A DNA stretch of 64,000 nucleotides from Pedosphaera sp. (GTDB lineage Bacteria; Verrucomicrobiota; Verrucomicrobiia; Limisphaerales; SIBH01), in assembly GCA_031414955.1 (NCBI GenBank), contig JANOQV010000149.1, positions 8,979 through 72,978 of the forward strand, written 5' to 3'. Shown piece after piece: positions 17,692-25,749 of the stretch. Made by a program: the position numbers and the translations under genes. Positions within the stretch are counted from its first letter, which is position 1, and each line of letters begins with the position of its first letter. The notes below the pieces were generated by a model. The model saw only the letters and a program-made list of their open reading frames with translations. It did not search any database and was not told where the DNA came from.

Positions 17692-18450
17692 TTAACGGGA
17701 TTCGTCCAACGCTGTCACGCCGGGCGAACTGCCCAGCACTTCCAGGAAATAACGCAGTTCCTCCCGCCAGTCCGTCTCCGCCCCGGTGGTCTCGCGGATT
17801 TCCTCTTCCAGCAATTCGCGGAACCGCTGCCTCAACCGCGAAACGGCCATGCGGACCGCGCCCTCCTTCATGCCGAGCCGCGCCGCCACCGGAGCGTAAG
17901 CGCCGTCCGGCGGATCGATTTGCAGAAACGGTCGCAGCGCGGCGAACACCGTCCGCCGCCGTGCCGCCATGCACTCCGCCTCCAGCCGGTCCATTGCGAG
18001 CGCGACGAGCTGATGCGCCCAGTTCCGGTCCAGTGCGACCTCCAGCCGCTCCGCTGGCAGCGCCGGATCGTGCCGGCGCTGGCCGTCCTCGCCCGTCTCG
18101 TCCAGCGAATGCGTCACCTGGCCGCCGCCGCGCTTGGCCGCCAGCGCCTTGTCCCATTCGTCGCGGATGAAATTCGTGACGCACACCTGGATGAAAGTGC
18201 GGAAGCGGCCCTTGGCCGGGTCCACCGCGCGCAGAAAATCCCGCCGCAAGGAATCGTGGATGAACTGTTGCGCCGACTCCTCGGCCTCTTCCGGAGAACA
18301 CCGTTTGCGAGCCTGAAACTCCAGGCAGATGGGCCGGCGATAGCGCGTGAAAAGTTTCTCCAGCGCTGCCAACCGCACGTCCTCGTCCCCGCTGCGCGCC
18401 GCGATCACGGTCGTCCAGGCGGTGGCATCGGCGAAGAAGGGCTGGTTCAT
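17692..18450 (-). CDS. ECF RNA polymerase sigma factor of the Ser/Thr-kinase-associated type
   Basis: TAWTTV N-terminus, EAEESAQQF, DPAKGRFRTFI, region 4 YAPVAARLGMKEGAVRMAVSRLRQRFRE; directly upstream of the kinase. Confidence 0.88.
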   Translation of the reverse strand: MNQPFFADATAWTTVIAARSGDEDVRLAALEKLFTRYRRPICLEFQARKRCSPEEAEESAQQFIHDSLRRDFLRAVDPAKGRFRTFIQVCVTNFIRDEWDKALAAKRGGGQVTHSLDETGEDGQRRHDPALPAERLEVALDRNWAHQLVALAMDRLEAECMAARRRTVFAALRPFLQIDPPDGAYAPVAARLGMKEGAVRMAVSRLRQRFRELLEEEIRETTGAETDWREELRYFLEVLGSSPGVTALDESR

Positions 18451-18514
18451 GCGGCGGCTGTGGACATGGCTGTTTCGTCAACCTCTGGTTGTCGTTGGTC
18501 GGGCGGAGTGAAGC

Positions 18515-18552
18515 AAAAAGCGCCGCTGACAGCCAGCCCAAAACCAGCGGCG
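18515..18552 (-). terminator. possible intrinsic terminator after the multicopper oxidase
   Basis: 8-bp stem cgccgctg/cagcggcg with a 16-nt loop, followed by T5 on the minus strand. Confidence 0.4.
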
Positions 18553-18556
18553 GAGT

Positions 18557-20203
18557 TCACTCCACCACGACGCGCAACTCCAGGCTGGCCGAATGCGTGG
18601 CGCTGCCGACGATCATGCGCATGGGAACAGTCAGCGTCTGGGTTCCCGTTTTCGGAGCACCTTGCTTTTCCAGAGCCGTGCGCCATTCGGGGCCTTGCAG
18701 CGTCACGTCGAACTCCATCTTGCCGCCATAGACCACGCCATACTGACCGGCGTTGCGCACCCGATACTCGCCACCGGCGTTGCGGGCCTGCCCCTTGCGA
18801 TCCGGGTTGAACTTCGCCTCGGCCTGGAGCAATTGAAACGTGATCGGCTGGGTGAAAACGGAGAAGGCGTCGAACACCGTGACCACGCCGCTGAGTTGGA
18901 TGGTTGCGCCGGAAGCATTCAGTCGTGCCTCAGCCCGATCAACGCGTAACGAACTCTGCTGGGCCGCCAGTCCAAAGAAGGCCGGAGCGGCGGCGCGCGC
19001 GGCACCCGACTTGGGATGCACCGTGAAGCGCGCGAACATGCCTTCGGTCATGTGATCGGAGACGTGGCAGTGAAAGAGCCACGAGCCGGGATTGTCGGCG
19101 TTCATGTCGGCGACTTTCATCGAGGCGGGCAGCAGTTCAACGACATCGGTCCGGCGGCGTCCCTCCTCGACCACGCGCAGTCCGTGCCAGTGCGCGGTGT
19201 GGAAATCCCTTTCCGAACCGAGCCCATAGAGATACCAGCGGACACGTTCGCCTTCGTTCGCTTCCAAGCCGGTGAGATTACCGAAGACATACCCGTTGAT
19301 GGCGGCCCGCACGCCCTGTTCGAGCACCTCCTGAACCTGCCACCAGGGTTTCACGGGCAGGGAGTTGCTGGTGTTCAAGCTGGCGTATTCGGCGGCCTCA
19401 CGCTCGGCTTCACCGAGCCCGCTCTCGTCGAAAATCATGAACAGCGCCGCCTGCTCGCGGTCCACGTCGGAGGGCGTGCCGTCCGGTCGGGCGCGCTTCG
19501 GGTCGGTAACAACGATTGTGCCGACGAGGCCAAAGTTCGCCTCCTCGTCGCCGTTGACGTGGCTGTGGTAGAGCCAGCCTTTGGAACTCGGCTCGCCGGG
19601 CATGGGTCCAGACTCGGCGTCGAGCTGCCAGACGTAAGTAAACTTCGCCCCCGGCCCGACCGCCGCACCGCGACCGGGGCGCGGCTCGTAGTGGGCGCCT
19701 TCGCTGTCCTTGTCGTAGCGCACGCCGTGCGGGTGCATCGAGAGCGGCTGTCCGCCGCGATTGAGAAAGGTCACGGCCAGGTATTCGCCCACCACGCCAC
19801 GCAAGACCGGGCCAAGAATGCCGAGGCGCGCGGGCTGGAACATCTTCGAGGCGAAGGTCGCGTCGGTGTATTGCACGTAACGGATTTTGCCGACGCGCCG
19901 CTGGTTGAGAATCGGCGGCGGCAAGGGCTTGCCACAGACCGGATCGAGTCCCTGTGGCGTGTAATCCCACAGCTCCGGCTCGGCCGCGATGTAGTAATGC
20001 CGCGTCTTCGCTTCCTCGGGGACACGACCGAAAAACTTCCCCCCAAGATCACCCATCTCCGCCGTGATCGTGGGCTGAATGTTGTTGGTCGGCACCGGCG
20101 GAACGGGAGGCTGCGCGAGGGCAATTCCTGTCGCGCAGAAGACTGGCAACAGGACGCCGGAGATCAAATAGCACTGCCATCGCAACGGGCGCGGAATTTT
20201 CAC
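18557..20203 (-). CDS. secreted two-domain multicopper oxidase, ceruloplasmin-like, with an extra C-terminal domain
   Basis: signal peptide; RHYYIAAE..WDY, GILGPVLR, HPHG, YHSH, HTAHWHG, HCHVSDHMTEGM. Confidence 0.9.
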   Translation of the reverse strand: MKIPRPLRWQCYLISGVLLPVFCATGIALAQPPVPPVPTNNIQPTITAEMGDLGGKFFGRVPEEAKTRHYYIAAEPELWDYTPQGLDPVCGKPLPPPILNQRRVGKIRYVQYTDATFASKMFQPARLGILGPVLRGVVGEYLAVTFLNRGGQPLSMHPHGVRYDKDSEGAHYEPRPGRGAAVGPGAKFTYVWQLDAESGPMPGEPSSKGWLYHSHVNGDEEANFGLVGTIVVTDPKRARPDGTPSDVDREQAALFMIFDESGLGEAEREAAEYASLNTSNSLPVKPWWQVQEVLEQGVRAAINGYVFGNLTGLEANEGERVRWYLYGLGSERDFHTAHWHGLRVVEEGRRRTDVVELLPASMKVADMNADNPGSWLFHCHVSDHMTEGMFARFTVHPKSGAARAAAPAFFGLAAQQSSLRVDRAEARLNASGATIQLSGVVTVFDAFSVFTQPITFQLLQAEAKFNPDRKGQARNAGGEYRVRNAGQYGVVYGGKMEFDVTLQGPEWRTALEKQGAPKTGTQTLTVPMRMIVGSATHSASLELRVVVE

Positions 20204-20245
20204 GTCAGGAGTCTAGCCGTAACCATGCGCTTGCGAAAACATTTT

Positions 20246-20372
20246 AACCACGGACGGACACGAATGAACACGGATGGGGGAAACCGGAGCCTCACGCAAA
20301 GTCCGCAAAGGGCGCGACGGACGGAGTTGGGAGATGAATTCCTTGGCGCCCTTTGCGTACTTTGCGTGAGGC
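20246..20372. repeat. composite palindromic repeat region
   Basis: aaccacggacggacacgaatgaacacggat (same family as 17534) plus inverted pair ctcacgcaaagtccgcaaagggcgc / gcgccctttgcgtactttgcgtgag. Confidence 0.75.
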
Positions 20373-20392
20373 ACTCCCGTTTCTTCGTCTGC

Positions 20393-21280
20393 TCAGAGCT
20401 TCCGCCCGGTCAGGCGTGTGAACGCCTCCAGATACTTCTCCTGCGTCTTCTGCACCACGAAGTCAGGAAGCGGCGGCGCGGGCGGCTGCTTGTTCCAGGC
20501 GATGCGTTCCAGATAGTCGCGGAGGAACTGCTTGTCGAAGCTGGGCTGGCCGCGACCGGCCTCGTATTCGTCCGCCGGCCAGAAGCGCGATGAGTCGGGC
20601 GTCAGCACCTCGTCGATGAGGATCAGCTTCCCATCGAAGACGCCGAACTCGAACTTGGTGTCAGCGATGATGATGCCTCGGTCATGGGCATAGGCACAGG
20701 CCGCCTGGTAGATTTGCAGGCTGTAGGCCCGGGCCTGCTCCGCGATGTCCCGACCGACGATTTCCACGGCGCGTTCAAAAGAGATGTTCTCGTCGTGGCC
20801 GGTCTCAGCCTTGGTCGCGGGCGTGAAGATCGGCTCGGGCAGGCGCGACGACTCGGTCAGCCCCTCCGGCAGCTTGATCCCGCAGACAGTTTGCGAGACT
20901 TGATATTCCTTCCAACCCGAACCAGACAAGTAGCCGCGCACCACGCACTCGATGGCGAGCGGTTTCGCCTTCTTCACGATCATGCTGCGGCCTTCGAGCA
21001 GCGGCGTGAACTGGCGGAGATGGTCCGGCAACGGGTCGCGCGCCTTCGCCAGCAGATGGTTCGGCACGAGCGCGGCGAATTTCTCGAACCAGAAGTGCGA
21101 GATCTGGGTCAGCACCTCGCCTTTGCGCGGGATGCCGCTGGGCATGATGCAATCGAACGCCGAGACGCGGTCGGTGGCGACCATGAGGAAGGCGTCGCCG
21201 AGATCGAACAACTCGCGCACCTTGCCGCTGCGAATCTTCGGAATGCCGGGCAACTCAATCTGCAACAACGGTTCTGACAT
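20393..21280 (-). CDS. purC: SAICAR synthase
   Basis: SGKVRELF, TDRVSAFD, ECVVRGYLSGSGW, ADTKFEFG, DEVLTPDSSRFW, SFDKQFLRD. Confidence 0.97.
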   Translation of the reverse strand: MSEPLLQIELPGIPKIRSGKVRELFDLGDAFLMVATDRVSAFDCIMPSGIPRKGEVLTQISHFWFEKFAALVPNHLLAKARDPLPDHLRQFTPLLEGRSMIVKKAKPLAIECVVRGYLSGSGWKEYQVSQTVCGIKLPEGLTESSRLPEPIFTPATKAETGHDENISFERAVEIVGRDIAEQARAYSLQIYQAACAYAHDRGIIIADTKFEFGVFDGKLILIDEVLTPDSSRFWPADEYEAGRGQPSFDKQFLRDYLERIAWNKQPPAPPLPDFVVQKTQEKYLEAFTRLTGRKL

Positions 21281-21287
21281 GGGCGCG

Positions 21288-21327
21288 AGGATGGGATGGC
21301 GCGGTTCAAAGTTCAAAGTTCAAAGTT
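21288..21327 (-). promoter_or_regulatory. candidate sigma70 promoter whose -35 lies in a (TTTGAAC)n heptamer repeat
   Basis: TTGAAC-N17-CATCCT-N7-ATG; gttcaaa x3 at 21304-21324. Confidence 0.45.
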
Positions 21328-21370
21328 GGAGCAGGCCTGGGCACGGAAAAGGTCCATTGAACAAATGCGA

Positions 21371-21465
21371 GGAGCGCGGACCGCCGAGTCCGCGTGTTCA
21401 TGACTCTCCGTAGACACCGTGATTTCGGCGGCATTAGATCACGCGGACATGGCTGTCCGCGCTCC
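21371..21465. repeat. GGAGCGCGG-type REP doublet
   Basis: ggagcgcggaccgccgagtccgcgtg ... cacgcggacatggctgtccgcgctcc; single related copies near 40864 and 46341. Confidence 0.75.
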
Positions 21466-21472
21466 TTCCGTT

Positions 21473-22579
21473 TCACCACACTTCCACCGGCCCCTTGGGC
21501 ACGGGGATGGACTGGCGGGCCGCGACGCCCGGCTCTTGCATGAAGGAAGCGACCATTGGCCCGAGGCGGTAGCGCGGCTGGAGTTCACCCGTCTCGTCGA
21601 GAAACTGGGCCCGCCACTGGATGAATTCGCGCAAGATTTCATCGAACTCGGCCCGCGACTTGAGCAACACGACGCGCTTGTTGAACACGCTCGAAGGGCC
21701 GAACCGCTTGGCGTACCACGGCGCGACTTTGCGGAACATCCGGCAGCCGTGCTCCTCGCCGAAGACTTCCATCATCAAGTCGAGATGCCGGCACATGACG
21801 CGCACGCGCTCGGTGAACGACGGCTCGGCGGGCAGCTCACCGGTGTCGAGGAACTGGCGCGTGTGAACAAACATCCACGGATTGTAGAACGCGCCGCGCC
21901 CGATGCTCACGCCCGCGCAACCCGTCTCGTCGAACATCTTCTTCGCGGCCTGCGGCGTGGTCACGTCCCCGTTGCCGATGACAGGAATGTTGTTCACCGC
22001 AGCGACCACCTTCTGAATGCCACGCAAATTGACCGTGCCGCCAAAGCCCTGCTCGCGAGTTCTTCCGTGGACAAAGATGGCGGCAACACCTGCGCCCTCC
22101 AATGCGCGCGCCAGATCGGGCGCGGTGATGTTGTCGTCGTCCCAGCCGAGCCGCATCTTGGCCGTCACCGGAATCTTCAGCGCGTCTACCATGCCGCGGA
22201 CGAGCGCGGCAGTCTTGTCCAGTTCGGTCATCATGGCCGAGCCGCCGCCGACGCGGCACACCTTCTTCACCGGGCAGCCCATGTTGATGTCGATGGAGGA
22301 AATGCCGCGCTCCGCCAGCATCACGGCGGCATCGCGCATCTCCCCGGGCACGGAGCCGAACAGTTGCACCGCGAGCGGGCGGTCCGCAGGACAGGTCTCG
22401 ATGAGCTTGAAGGCCTTGGGGTTCTTTTCGAGCAGCGAGCGCGCGTTGACCAGGTCGGTCGTGGCGAGATCCAGGCCGCCGACTTCGCGCAAGGCGAGCC
22501 GGAAAGGCAGGTTCGTGTAGCCGGCCAGCGGCGACAGGAACAGGTTGGATTTCAACTCAAGCGAGCCGAAGCAAATCAT
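21473..22579 (-). CDS. dusB: tRNA-dihydrouridine synthase B
   Basis: LSPLAGYTNLPFR, VQLFG, IDINMGCP, KMRLGWD, VHGRT, IGNGDV. Confidence 0.93.
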   Translation of the reverse strand: MICFGSLELKSNLFLSPLAGYTNLPFRLALREVGGLDLATTDLVNARSLLEKNPKAFKLIETCPADRPLAVQLFGSVPGEMRDAAVMLAERGISSIDINMGCPVKKVCRVGGGSAMMTELDKTAALVRGMVDALKIPVTAKMRLGWDDDNITAPDLARALEGAGVAAIFVHGRTREQGFGGTVNLRGIQKVVAAVNNIPVIGNGDVTTPQAAKKMFDETGCAGVSIGRGAFYNPWMFVHTRQFLDTGELPAEPSFTERVRVMCRHLDLMMEVFGEEHGCRMFRKVAPWYAKRFGPSSVFNKRVVLLKSRAEFDEILREFIQWRAQFLDETGELQPRYRLGPMVASFMQEPGVAARQSIPVPKGPVEVW

Positions 22580-22761
22580 CGCCGGGCAATAAACACCAAA
22601 CGCCCAGCGCCAGACATCAAATAAACACCCGGCGCCAAGCCTGAGCCGGACGCGGGAGGATGACCGGCGGACAGTTTTGCGTCTGGTTGAAATCTAAATT
22701 TTGAAGGTTGTTGGAGTTTGGAGTTGGGGGTTGGGAGTCTTTCCTTCTAGGCTGATTGACA

Positions 22762-23706
22762 ATGAGCGCATTGCCAAAGCCAGACGTGATCCTGACCCAC
22801 GAAAGCGACCTCGACGGTTTCCTGTCGGGCCTGCTGCTACAACGCCTCGCCATGCATCTGTTCGGCACAGAGATCCCGCTGGAGGCCTACCATTATCAGG
22901 CCTGGAAACTGCGCGAGATGCGGGAGCGGTGCGCCTGGGTTTGCGACTTTGGCTTCGAGGCCCGGCTGGACCGTCCGGATTGGGTCGTCATCGATCATCA
23001 TCCGACGGAATTGAAACCCGCGCACGCCCGGCTCATCCACGATTTGGGAAAATCGGCGGGCAGCCTTTGCTATGACCTTTGCACCGCCCAGGGCATCGGC
23101 TCGCCGGAACTGGACCAACTCGTCCGCTGGAACAACATCTCAGACTTGTTCCTGGAGGAAGATCCGGAATTCGCCGTCGCGAGCGATTACGCGAACCTGG
23201 TGAAAGTCTATAATTTCTGGAATCTCCACGCCCTCCTCCAGGGCCGCGTGGAGCGATTGGTGAATCATCCCTTGCTCGAGGTGATGGCGGTGAAGCGCCG
23301 CATCGAGGATCCGCTGGGCTTCGAGTGGAGCCGCAAGAACATCGTCGAGGTCAGCCCGACGGTGGGTTTCGTGGAAACGGTCATCGGCAACACCAACCTG
23401 GTCGTGCATCAACTGCTCCATGCCGACGTGACGCGATTTCCCGTGCTGCTCACCATGTTCAAGAAGGCCAACAACCAGTTCATCGTCAGCCTGCGCAGCC
23501 GCCACGGTGAGGCGCTGCCCGCCGCGCTCAGGCTCCAGGGTGGCGGCCACGCCAACGCCAGCGGTGCGGTGCTGCCGCGCTCGGTGCGCAACGTGACGGA
23601 GGCGGTGGATTATCTCCGGCGCGCCTTTAATCCCTCTCCCACCGGCAGCAGCGGGATGAACTCGCTCGCCGGAGCCTTCGCGGCGCTCGAAGCAGAAAAG
23701 CGTTGA
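22762..23706 (+). CDS. DHH/DHHA1 family phosphoesterase
   Basis: THESDLDG, VCD, IDHH, SLRS, GGGHANASG. Confidence 0.87.
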   Translation: MSALPKPDVILTHESDLDGFLSGLLLQRLAMHLFGTEIPLEAYHYQAWKLREMRERCAWVCDFGFEARLDRPDWVVIDHHPTELKPAHARLIHDLGKSAGSLCYDLCTAQGIGSPELDQLVRWNNISDLFLEEDPEFAVASDYANLVKVYNFWNLHALLQGRVERLVNHPLLEVMAVKRRIEDPLGFEWSRKNIVEVSPTVGFVETVIGNTNLVVHQLLHADVTRFPVLLTMFKKANNQFIVSLRSRHGEALPAALRLQGGGHANASGAVLPRSVRNVTEAVDYLRRAFNPSPTGSSGMNSLAGAFAALEAEKR

Positions 23707-23762
23707 ACCGGACGACCTCCGCTCAGAAAAACGCGCCCCCCTTTCGAGACTTGAGCAGGCTC

Positions 23763-24668
23763 CTAGTCGCGGTCACCCCGTGGGTCGCAGGCGTCGCGCA
23801 AGCCATCACCGAGGAAGTTCAGCGCCAAGAGCGTACTGATGAGCATCAGGCCCGGGTAGAGCAGCATCCACCAGTAGATGCGGATGGGATTTAACTGCCG
23901 CGCGCCCTCCGCGATGAGCGAACCCCAACTCGCCATGGGCGGCTTGATGCCCATGCCGAGGAAGCTGAGGAAACTTTCGTAGAGAATCACCGACGGCACG
24001 GTGAGCGTGAGGTAAACGAGAATCACGCCGGCCACATTAGGCAGGATGTGCCGGAAGAGAATGCGCGCGTGGCTCGCCCCCAACGCGCGGCTGGCGTCGA
24101 TGAACTGGCGGTTCTTCACCGAGAGCACCTGCCCGCGCACGATGCGGGACATGGTCAGCCACGACACCGCGCCGATACCGACAAAGAGCAGCACCAGGCG
24201 CAACCCGGTTTCGTTTTCGCTGATGAAGCTGTTGGGCTTGGCCGTGGCAATGAATCCATTCAGCACGGCGATGAGCAGGATCACAAAAATCACCGTGGGC
24301 AGGGAATAGAGGATGTCCACGATGCGCATCATCAGCGTGTCCGTGCGCCCGCCGGTGTAGCCGGCAATGGCACCCCAGAGCACGCCGATGACCAGGCTCA
24401 CGCCCGCGCCCACCGCGCCGACAAGCAGCGAGATGCGTCCGCCGGTCAGGGCGCGGGCAAAGAGGTCGCGACCATGGATGTCAGTGCCGAACCAGTGCGC
24501 GGAGGAAGGCGGGGAGAATTGCTGATTGCCACCCTCATTCGGAGGCTGCGTCGGGAAGAACAAGATCGCGAGCAGCATCAGGCCAAGGAACACCAGGCTG
24601 GCCACAGCCGGCTTGTGGCGGCGAAAGCGGCGCAGGGCGCGCTGATGGGGGCTGAGAGGGGCGGTCAT
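23763..24668 (-). CDS. oppC: oligopeptide ABC transporter permease (OppC-like)
   Basis: HWFGTDIHGRDL, GGRISL, FIDASRALGAS, ESFLSFLG, NFLGDGLRDACDP. Confidence 0.9.
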   Translation of the reverse strand: MTAPLSPHQRALRRFRRHKPAVASLVFLGLMLLAILFFPTQPPNEGGNQQFSPPSSAHWFGTDIHGRDLFARALTGGRISLLVGAVGAGVSLVIGVLWGAIAGYTGGRTDTLMMRIVDILYSLPTVIFVILLIAVLNGFIATAKPNSFISENETGLRLVLLFVGIGAVSWLTMSRIVRGQVLSVKNRQFIDASRALGASHARILFRHILPNVAGVILVYLTLTVPSVILYESFLSFLGMGIKPPMASWGSLIAEGARQLNPIRIYWWMLLYPGLMLISTLLALNFLGDGLRDACDPRGDRD

Positions 24669-24681
24669 GGAAGCAAACGAG

Positions 24682-24821
24682 AAACACCAAACACCAAGCA
24701 CCAAACATCAGATAAGCTCCAAACATCAATCTCCACCCCGCTGTCACGCACCGCCGAGCCGCCTGTTGGGGTTTGGGGCTTGGTGTTTGTTTGATGTTTG
24801 ATGTTTGACGTTTGGTGTTTC
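24682..24821. repeat. inverted heptamer arrays between oppB and oppC
   Basis: aaacacc/aaacacc/aagcacc/aaacatc facing gatgttt/gatgttt/gacgttt/ggtgttt. Confidence 0.8.
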
Positions 24822-24832
24822 ATCACAACAAT

Positions 24833-25747
24833 TCACTCATACTTCACTCTCGGATCCAGCAGCGTGTAGGTGAAATCAACGAGCATGTTCAGGCCGAGCA
24901 GGAGCACCGCGTAGAGCAACGTCAGGCCGGTGGTCATGGCGTAGTCGCGGTTCTCGACGCTGGTCACGACGAAGATGCCGATGCCGGGCAGACCGAAGGC
25001 GCTCTCGACCACGAAGGAACCGGTGAGCACGTCGGCGAGCATCGGACCGGAATAGGAAACCACGGGCAGCACGGCCAGGCGGAAGGCGTGTTTCCAGAGC
25101 AGCCGCGTTTCACTCATGCCCTTCGCGCGCGCGGCGGTGATGAAAGGCTGTTGCAGCACCTCGGTCATGCCCTCGCGGAAAAGCCGCGCGATGCGGCCCG
25201 AGTAGTAAAGGCCCAGCGCCGCCATCGGCAGGATCGCATGGCTCAGTCCGCCCCACAGTCCGGCCGGCAGCCAGCCGAGTTTGAGCGCGAAAATCATGAT
25301 CAGGATCGGCCCGACAATGAGCGACGGGATGCAGAAGCAGAGCAGCGCGATGAAGCTGCCGATGTGATCGCCCCATTGGCCGCGCTTCACGGCCGTGTAG
25401 AACCCCAGTGGGAGGCCGATGCCTTGCGCGAAACAGAACGCCATCAAGCCCAGCATGAGCGACACGGGCAGCGCATCCGCGATGATGTCATTGACCGAGT
25501 GATCGCGGTATTGGGTCGAGGGACCGAGATCACCTTTCACCAGGTCGCGGGCGTAGTATCCGTATTGAACAAGGAACGGCTCGTTGAGGTGATACTTCGC
25601 GAGCTGCATCTTCCGAATCTCCTCGGAAGCAGGCGCACGCGCGGTGTCGAAGGGGCCGCCCGGCACGAGCCGCAGAAGGGTGAAGGTCAGGAAGCTGATG
25701 ATCAGCAGCACCGGAAACATCAACGCGAATCGTTTCAGGTAGTACAT
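24833..25747 (-). CDS. oppB: oligopeptide ABC transporter permease (OppB-like)
   Basis: VPGGPF, GDLGPS, TAARAKG, GSFVVESAFGLPGIG, LDPRVKY. Confidence 0.9.
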   Translation of the reverse strand: MYYLKRFALMFPVLLIISFLTFTLLRLVPGGPFDTARAPASEEIRKMQLAKYHLNEPFLVQYGYYARDLVKGDLGPSTQYRDHSVNDIIADALPVSLMLGLMAFCFAQGIGLPLGFYTAVKRGQWGDHIGSFIALLCFCIPSLIVGPILIMIFALKLGWLPAGLWGGLSHAILPMAALGLYYSGRIARLFREGMTEVLQQPFITAARAKGMSETRLLWKHAFRLAVLPVVSYSGPMLADVLTGSFVVESAFGLPGIGIFVVTSVENRDYAMTTGLTLLYAVLLLGLNMLVDFTYTLLDPRVKYE

Positions 25748-25749
25748 GG

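Noticed and set aside
18447..18467. uORF MSTAAA overlapping the ECF start
   Set aside because: A single six-codon ATGA overlap is easily produced by chance.
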